DNA from: Diplonema japonicum
Taxonomy: Eukaryota > Protista > Euglenozoa: Diplonemea
Reading direction: 5' to 3'
DNA: 64,000 nucleotides
Assembly (NCBI GenBank): GCA_964019335.1
Contig: OZ025650.1
Span: forward strand, 248,001 to 312,000
In this document: in pieces, positions 57,485-64,000 of the stretch
Position numbering within the stretch: the stretch's first letter is position 1
Layout of the letters: each line of letters begins with the position of its first letter
The notes under the pieces: generated by a model
Seen by the model: only the letters and a program-made list of their open reading frames with translations
Databases searched by the model: none
Told to the model about the DNA's origin: nothing
Translations under genes and position numbers: made by a program

Positions 57485-58594
57485 TCACAGTATCCAGTCA
57501 TCAGCGATGGAGGAGAGGGGCTTGATAGAGTTAATGAAGTTGACCTCCTCTGGAGATCCCGACCAGTGTCCTAAGGTGACGTTGGTGAGGAAGTTGTGGG
57601 TTTTGCGGGAGAGGGTCGTGGCAGCGATGATCGGGGCAGAGATGGGTTCCTCTTCGCCTTGGCGGCGGACGACGAGGGTCGTCTGGTCACCAGGACGGAT
57701 CTTTGTAATTGCTGTGAAAAATTCTGTTTTCGCATAGACAGGAATACTGTTAATGCTGAGGACATCATCGCTTTTGCGAACCCCCCACACTGCAGCAGGG
57801 CTGTTTTCTTTAACAGTCACAACGCGCAAGACGGGCGTCCCATGGCGTTCGAAATTCGCAATGGCCATTCCAAAGCTGGGCTTCAAATCTTGTAGAATTT
57901 GTTTTGCTTTAAAGCAAGCCTTGACAACCGGGTCATTGGGGACTAGCCCTATTTCAAACCCAGGGGAACCAGGGGTTTCTTTGTCGGCTTCTGCATCAGC
58001 AAGGGATTCCAGATGCTGCTTCAGCTCCAACGCCACATCAATCGAGACAATCTTCCCGTCGATAAACGTCCCTTCGAACCGCTTCCCATCAGAGCAAGTG
58101 TAGACCCCTTCGCCGTGCGGACGGTCGGCCTCCCAACCTCCTTCATATGAAGCGTTGTTCGCGAAGTACTTGAAACACCCTTTTCCTTGCTTTAGGTCCT
58201 TGAGCCATGACCCAACATAGGTGTCGCCATTTTTATACTGAATCGCACCGCTTCCCGATTTTTGATTCTCCCTAAACTCACCTGTGTATACCACTCCGCT
58301 GTCAGGTCCTTCATATTGCAGAACCCCGTTGCCCGTCTTCTTCCCATCCCTCCACTGCCCTGTGTAAACATCTCCATTCGCCGACCTGAACACGCCGTGC
58401 CCATGCCGCCGCTGGTCCTTGAAGTCACCGCTGTATGCCCCTCCTGCTGCATAAGTATAGGTTCCCTTCCCTTCGATCTTTCCGTCCACCCACGTTCCTT
58501 TGTAGCAGTCGCCATTTGCATAGACTTGCGTGCCTTCACCGTGTTGCTTGCCCTTACGCGTCTCGCCCCAATACCCCACTTTTGGTTCTGTCAT
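57485..58594 (-). CDS. MORN-repeat protein with PDZ-like domain
   Basis: About 8 YxGxW/F...GxG MORN repeats, then FGMAI...VVTVKENSPAAVWGVRKSDDVLSIN. Confidence 0.85.
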   Translation of the reverse strand: MTEPKVGYWGETRKGKQHGEGTQVYANGDCYKGTWVDGKIEGKGTYTYAAGGAYSGDFKDQRRHGHGVFRSANGDVYTGQWRDGKKTGNGVLQYEGPDSGVVYTGEFRENQKSGSGAIQYKNGDTYVGSWLKDLKQGKGCFKYFANNASYEGGWEADRPHGEGVYTCSDGKRFEGTFIDGKIVSIDVALELKQHLESLADAEADKETPGSPGFEIGLVPNDPVVKACFKAKQILQDLKPSFGMAIANFERHGTPVLRVVTVKENSPAAVWGVRKSDDVLSINSIPVYAKTEFFTAITKIRPGDQTTLVVRRQGEEEPISAPIIAATTLSRKTHNFLTNVTLGHWSGSPEEVNFINSIKPLSSIADDWIL

Positions 58595-58746
58595 GTTTGT
58601 TGGTGGGTTCCTCGGTGGTGTTTGAACGAAGGAGAAAAAGTTACGGAAATAAATCAGGACGGGTCCTGAGGCCTGGAGCCATGAAAGGAAGAAAGTGTAA
58701 AATGTAAACAGGTGGGCATGAAGCCTTTTCAAAGAGGAGGGAGGTT

Positions 58747-61104
58747 TCAAACAGTTTTAAGAAATTGCTTGTAATGGCCTAAAGCCCAGAATGGAATAAC
58801 AAGAGGATAGAAAGGATAGTGGATGCCGCAGGTTCCGTTGAAGACGCCCGTGATGGGCTCCTGCTGCCAATGCCCATGACGCTGGGTTTTAATGAGGAAA
58901 GCTGCTGCCTTGTGGATAGCGGAGAGGTGGCACGGTGGGGATGTGGGGGTCGCAGCTGCTACAAGGGTCATCAATGCCAGGCCTGTCTGCGTGGGCTGAG
59001 ACCCACACGCCGCCTCGATGTACTGTCTAGTAGCACACGCATGGACGTGCTCGGACCACCCACCGTCGCTCCTCTGCTTCGAGACAAGGAACTCCACCGC
59101 CTTGGTGATTTCCTTGCATTGCTTGCTCATACCCCCTGCAAGCAACCCCTCAACCCCGAACATTGTGCCATAAGTGAAGCACACACCCCACGACCCGTAC
59201 CAGCTCCCGTCTGCCCTCTGGTTGCCCAGAATTGCTTCTTTCCCTTTCGCCAGTGCTGTGTTAATTTCAGCACCGCGGTAGTTTTCTGTGTCATGCTTTT
59301 TAAAAGCCAGCAGCGTCTGCATGCAAGCCGACGTGCATTCCGTGTACGTGTACTCAACCATGATGCGGGTGAAGATCTCTGCGGGGTTGAGCAGTTCCAT
59401 CCAAGTGGGTGCGCGGCGGAACTCATAAGATGAGAACGCACCGTCCGAAGGGTTGCGGAGCGAGAGGATTTGGTCAATGCCTGCTCTGATGCGTTCCCGA
59501 GGGAGGCTGTTGAAGAGGATTGCGCAGCGAAGGCCTTCAGACGTGCAATCCGAGACCTGCCATCCCTGTTCGCCTGTGGAGAAGTTCCATGCCCCATAGG
59601 GATCATCCCTGTTATAGTTGCTGTATGCAGGTGGCGACACCATCACCTGTGCCCCGTCAATGTAACGCAAGCCCTTTGTGACGACGCTGCTGTATTCCTC
59701 CTCCATACCAGCAGCCTTGTATGCCTGCAGTGCGAAACTTGTGTCCCACAGCTGTGACCCATTGTACCCATTCATTTTGAGGCCGTTCCTCCCCAGCCAC
59801 AAGTAGTCCTGCACACGATCTTCGCTCAGCTTGAGATGTTCTGAGTGCCCCTCCGCAGCGTAAATCGCAACAAGATTCAGGACCTTGTTTACAGGACCGA
59901 GACAGATGAAATTCGTGGTGACGTCGTCGTACTTGATGTGGTCGATGCTCAACTTAAGCGCACGGCTGCGGAGGCCCTTTAAGTGCACCTTTTCATAAAG
60001 CCTCAAGACGGAAAAGGCAATCTTAGCAAGCCAATGCGTAGAGTAGTGCACGTCAGTTACGGCAACGCAGTCTGAGGCGGACACCCAGTTGATGCTCTCG
60101 AAATCCTCAACAAACACCTCAGTTCGCAGCGCCTTCAGCAGGGGGTCGAGGGGGGTCTGGAACTTCGAACCGTACAAGTACCCTAAGGGGAGGTACACCA
60201 TGCGGGTGTGGCACCACATGTTTCCGGGGTAGAAGGGGAAGTACTTGGGAAGCAACCACATCTCGGGAGTTACAGGCCGAACGCCCTCCCACGAGTAGAG
60301 ATTTGCAATGCACAACCAAGCCTTGCCCCACGTGGGGATACCGATGGCACCTCCATTGGCCTTGATAAAGTCTCTGGCTTGGCGAAGCCTGTCGTCAGAG
60401 GCAGCCACGCCCAGCATGCGCATTGCGACGTAGTTCATGACAGATCCAAACAATGTGGAGAGCCCTTCTTCGAAGAGGCCCCAACCGCCGTCTGTATTCT
60501 GCACGTTGCGTATGTACCTGATGAGTTCAATACGGTGGGGTGCAGGGAACATCTTCTCTAAATCGCCTTTGTAGAGAACGTACTTCGTGACCACCAAACC
60601 TGGGAGGAGGAACAGCGGCCCGCCATAGTCATTCGACCAGTGTCCGTCCGTCGACTGCATGTTCTGCAAGTAGTCTCCTGAGCGCTTCAGGCAGTCGCTC
60701 AGGTCACAAGGTCCATCCCCTGAAAGGTCATCTGGCTGGGTGTGCGTTTTTTCTATGAAGTCCTGCGGCCTGCCCTCTGTGCCGACTGTATGCCAAATTT
60801 GTCTCCCTTTGTGGCAGTCGAGGCGCCATGCTGCAGTAGCATCAGTGGGGCCTTCCACTGGACGCATCGTGAGATTGACCGCCCCATCAGTTTTCCTCTC
60901 CTCATCTTTCCAGGCTTTATTTTCCTTTCTCCCCGCAATGTTGTATAGCAGCCCCGAGACAGGCTTCAGCAGAAATGATGTCAAGACCAACACACCTCTC
61001 ATAACGGGACCCGGACCTGTTTCTATGGTCTCCTTTTCACGCTCGGCCAGCCATGCAGCGATGTACTGTTGCTCGGCTTGCGTGGGCACCGCAAGGCTCG
61101 TCAT
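58747..61104 (-). CDS. LSS: Oxidosqualene cyclase, predicted lanosterol synthase
   Basis: DYGGPLFLLPG, QNTDGGWG and other QW motifs, MWCHTR, GPVNK, MNGYNGSQLWD, catalytic VSDCTSE, GSWYGSWGVCFTY. Confidence 0.93.
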   Translation of the reverse strand: MTSLAVPTQAEQQYIAAWLAEREKETIETGPGPVMRGVLVLTSFLLKPVSGLLYNIAGRKENKAWKDEERKTDGAVNLTMRPVEGPTDATAAWRLDCHKGRQIWHTVGTEGRPQDFIEKTHTQPDDLSGDGPCDLSDCLKRSGDYLQNMQSTDGHWSNDYGGPLFLLPGLVVTKYVLYKGDLEKMFPAPHRIELIRYIRNVQNTDGGWGLFEEGLSTLFGSVMNYVAMRMLGVAASDDRLRQARDFIKANGGAIGIPTWGKAWLCIANLYSWEGVRPVTPEMWLLPKYFPFYPGNMWCHTRMVYLPLGYLYGSKFQTPLDPLLKALRTEVFVEDFESINWVSASDCVAVTDVHYSTHWLAKIAFSVLRLYEKVHLKGLRSRALKLSIDHIKYDDVTTNFICLGPVNKVLNLVAIYAAEGHSEHLKLSEDRVQDYLWLGRNGLKMNGYNGSQLWDTSFALQAYKAAGMEEEYSSVVTKGLRYIDGAQVMVSPPAYSNYNRDDPYGAWNFSTGEQGWQVSDCTSEGLRCAILFNSLPRERIRAGIDQILSLRNPSDGAFSSYEFRRAPTWMELLNPAEIFTRIMVEYTYTECTSACMQTLLAFKKHDTENYRGAEINTALAKGKEAILGNQRADGSWYGSWGVCFTYGTMFGVEGLLAGGMSKQCKEITKAVEFLVSKQRSDGGWSEHVHACATRQYIEAACGSQPTQTGLALMTLVAAATPTSPPCHLSAIHKAAAFLIKTQRHGHWQQEPITGVFNGTCGIHYPFYPLVIPFWALGHYKQFLKTV

Positions 61105-61244
61105 TGTTTCCTATGTAAGTAAGGACTCCAAAGAAGGAATGCTAAAGCAGAAGGGAAAGGGGTTAAAATTTAAGTCGTCCCCTGGAAAGAGGAACATAAG
61201 AATCATCTACAGGATCTATAAACTAAAACATGGAAGGAGGACCC

Positions 61245-62888
61245 CTATCCGGCAGCCTTGGCCTCTTTCAGCTGGCAATTCAAATCCGAAATGGTAGCAA
61301 GGGCGAGTTTGTACTCCCTCGTGAGGGACAGGAGGGCGTTGCGGTCCTCCTCGATGAGGATGTTGGCATTGATGAGCTTCTCGGCGAGGATTTGCTTCTC
61401 CTGTTTGAGAAGGAGAATGAGCTCGGAGGGGGTTGTGCTGGGGGTTTCTTTGAAATATGTCTCAGAGGAATTCAGCACGGGGCTGAAGTTGGTAAGAACG
61501 GTATGCAGAGGGATACGTTTTGAGACAGGCTGGGCTTGGATCGTAGGGAGCTTTGAGGGACGGGGCTCAAAGATGTCTGGGAAGTTGATCTTATCAGCAA
61601 CTGCGTCAGACCACCTTTTCTTGAAGAGCTTCCAGTTCCCTGTCTCGCCGGGTTCAAACAAGTCGAAGTCAATTTCTGTGAGCAACTCAAAGAGAGCTCT
61701 GAACCGTACGTATCCGCCACGGTCCTCAGCTATCGTGGGCTGCTCCTCCAGCACATCCTCGCAGACAGCAAGGAGGTCACTGCACCGATCCATCGCTACG
61801 TCGAACTTCACAAAAATATGCCTAACATCACGAGGCCACCTTGACGCGAGGGACACCCACTCCGACACTTCTGTGTAAAGCCGCATCCATTCCGATATTA
61901 GTTCCATCACCTTTTGCAGTCTGGTTTTCCCTTGCAGCACACACCCAGGGGGCTCCGGTGCTGTTGCCATGGACGATACCCCAGGAGATGGTGTCGGGTC
62001 CAGGACCGAACTGTCTTCAGGTATGAAGATAGATGGAACATCGATGTACTCTGTTAGTTTTGTTACAATCTCCGAAGTGGCTTTTATGTACAACCTCTCA
62101 AGGTCGGCTTCTGTCAAACCTTGCTTGGAGCACTCTGCGATGAGGAACAGCCTCAGATGGAAGGGCAGCGCTGCGTCCCACATAGTGTCGATGCCGGTGC
62201 GCTTCGGGAGTGTGTTGACTAGGATGTTCAAAGGTTTGCTAACAGAGGACATGTCTCTCCCTCGGCGGACGGCTTCGTTGTAAGCAGACACAAGATGTGC
62301 CTCCAAGGTGGCCCACCGGTTCTTGGAACCTGCTGCGGTGGATGATAAAATGATATCTTTAACAGCATCGCGATTCAGGGCTGTGTAGCTATCAGAAAGG
62401 TTAGATATCCTATCTGTCCAGAATGTGAGTTCGTTTAATAAGTTATCGGTAACACTACGACGGGATTCATTGGCGAGGGTTAGGCCCAGCGCGAGGGACC
62501 ATTCATCAAGGACACGGCAAGGGCTATGCTCGGGGGCTTCAGGAATTGGGTATGGGTCGGATGCAATAGGTTTGTCAAGTACTTCCGTTCGCATTACAAC
62601 GACTTCAGTTTTGAACATTCGGTCGAATCCGGTCCCTGTTTCCTCTGGTAGTGCGTTGTGGTGGAACAGCATGTAGCTGTCCTCGTTCCCTCGCCACTCA
62701 CCTGTTACACGATGGACGCTGCCTTCGCTTTTCCCGTAGACCCCCACCATTTTTTTACGTTGCATTTCGTCCCAAAATCTTTCTTCGTCGTGTCCTTCTT
62801 TTTCGAAATATTCGTTTAAAGCTTTATCACTGACATGCAGACCTACAGAGAGCCTGACCTTCAACCATTGCACGATCTCGGATGGCAT
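61245..62888 (-). CDS. Protein resembling the dynein heavy chain N-terminal (tail) region, no motor domain
   Basis: VLDEWS, NELTFWTDRISNL, AYNEA, IFVKFD...RCSDL resemble the DHC_N1 pattern; ends in a short coiled coil at 547 aa. Confidence 0.55.
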   Translation of the reverse strand: MPSEIVQWLKVRLSVGLHVSDKALNEYFEKEGHDEERFWDEMQRKKMVGVYGKSEGSVHRVTGEWRGNEDSYMLFHHNALPEETGTGFDRMFKTEVVVMRTEVLDKPIASDPYPIPEAPEHSPCRVLDEWSLALGLTLANESRRSVTDNLLNELTFWTDRISNLSDSYTALNRDAVKDIILSSTAAGSKNRWATLEAHLVSAYNEAVRRGRDMSSVSKPLNILVNTLPKRTGIDTMWDAALPFHLRLFLIAECSKQGLTEADLERLYIKATSEIVTKLTEYIDVPSIFIPEDSSVLDPTPSPGVSSMATAPEPPGCVLQGKTRLQKVMELISEWMRLYTEVSEWVSLASRWPRDVRHIFVKFDVAMDRCSDLLAVCEDVLEEQPTIAEDRGGYVRFRALFELLTEIDFDLFEPGETGNWKLFKKRWSDAVADKINFPDIFEPRPSKLPTIQAQPVSKRIPLHTVLTNFSPVLNSSETYFKETPSTTPSELILLLKQEKQILAEKLINANILIEEDRNALLSLTREYKLALATISDLNCQLKEAKAAG

Positions 62889-62939
62889 TTCCTTACCCCC
62901 CTCCCTCCCTTTTTTCTTTTCCCCCTTCTTATTCCTTTA

Positions 62940-64000
62940 AGAGTTGATTTAAATTTGATAAATTTCGGTGTGCGGGAAGGTGCTCACCGTTCAGGGAGAA
63001 ATTCACACTAATCGGTCACCGTTCTGCGGTTGCTGTCTGGTGCCTGCTGTGGCTGTTTGTCGCGATGAGATGGACGGCATCTGGGCGAGAAACATTGCTT
63101 GGAGTCGTGCTAGGTAGGGGGCGGTTTGGCTCGAGGAGAAGAGTGGTCTCCTGTCGTAGCCGTGTGTCGCCGGGCCCCCAAGATGTCGAAGGGTGTGTAC
63201 CCTTGTCTTTGCGTTGGCGGGGAAAGCATTCTTCCCACTCTTTGCTGTGCATTTCTGAATACGTCCTAAGATGTATCGCATCCTTCCAGCCTTCTCTGTG
63301 AGCCAGTCCTGGTCGTCGAGGGGTCCAGCCAAGGACTGCCGGGTGGCCTGCTCATAGTCTACTGCGAGCTCCATCGTCGTGACGGACGTCAACTTCCTGC
63401 CTGCGTACCATCTTAGGCTTTTCAGCCACCTGAGGACGCTCTTTATGTAGAACATTAGGACCTTTCCCGACGCTCCGTTCGATTTCAACAGCTCCACTGT
63501 GGGCACAGTGTGCTGCTTCCCCGTTGTGATCTCATCCCACGGGTTGGTGGTGAGGATTCTGGTGCTCCGTTCAGCCGCTCTGGCGTCTCGTCTTGTCACG
63601 ACATCCAACAGGTATCGTTGCACGACTGCCGCCTGTTGCTTCGCAGCCCCCGTTGCGCCCCTTGGAATGATCCCGTGGAGGGCGGTCACTGCAGGTAGGT
63701 CACTTCGTGTCATCCCGCTATATCTTTCGTTTGTCAGGGCAGCTCTCGCTGGTGCACATTCCCATAGGGCCTGCTCCGTGACTTCTGTCGTTGTCTGGCA
63801 TCGATGGTCGCAGACGTCGCACGCAAGAGACGAGCTTTCCACACCCTCACGTTCATCCAATTGCTTCCCCCACACTCGAGGGTGTACCGTGAACACTGCA
63901 CCGCTGATGATCCGCCGCAGTCTGTACGATATCAGCGGTATGCCTGTCCGCTCGCAAAACTCGATTGTTTTGTTGGTCGCTCTCTTGAGTACCTCGACCA
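62940..64000 (-). mobile_element. 3' end of a putative non-LTR retrotransposon (ORF open from right edge to stop at 63003)
   Basis: Frame is open to the window edge. LRRIISGAVFT...CDVC...EVTEQALWEC resembles the zinc-knuckle region downstream of RT in LINE ORFs. RT itself is not in the window; left boundary approximate. Confidence 0.55.

Overview
Eukaryotic DNA, most likely euglenozoan and probably diplonemid (inferred, not shown). About 27 protein-coding genes plus a retroelement end all lie on the minus strand with short spacers, as in a polycistronic, trans-spliced gene cluster. Unlike trypanosomatids, many genes are split by tiny cis-introns, so the ORF track fragments them. I reconstructed 28 introns by hand: 26 are 32-77 nt and two are long (749 and 313 nt). 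Recognisable products: divergent ABCE1/RLI with 8 NZF fingers and an RRM, AdoMetDC, TSNAXIP1-like, degenerate kinesin, PPR-RRM, TRPV-like channel, short MTHFR, a TrmY-TrmY-OB-RluA fusion, a mitochondrial MTase-like protein, EF-hand pyrophosphatase, a secreted tandem-repeat protein, dynamin-related protein, inositol 5-phosphatase with a GAS2-like end, Tam-like MTase, EF-hand/WD40, HEATR3-like, MORN-PDZ, oxidosqualene cyclase and a dynein-tail-only protein. Top candidates for new biology: (1) both long introns carry ~65-90 nt single hairpins ending in AGA/ACA boxes, a putative intron-encoded cluster of euglenozoan-type H/ACA guide RNAs; (2) the NZF-RRM-ABCE1 fusion, a possible ubiquitin-guided ribosome-splitting factor; (3) the TrmY/pseudouridine-synthase fusion. 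All domain calls are from motif recognition by eye; no searches were run.
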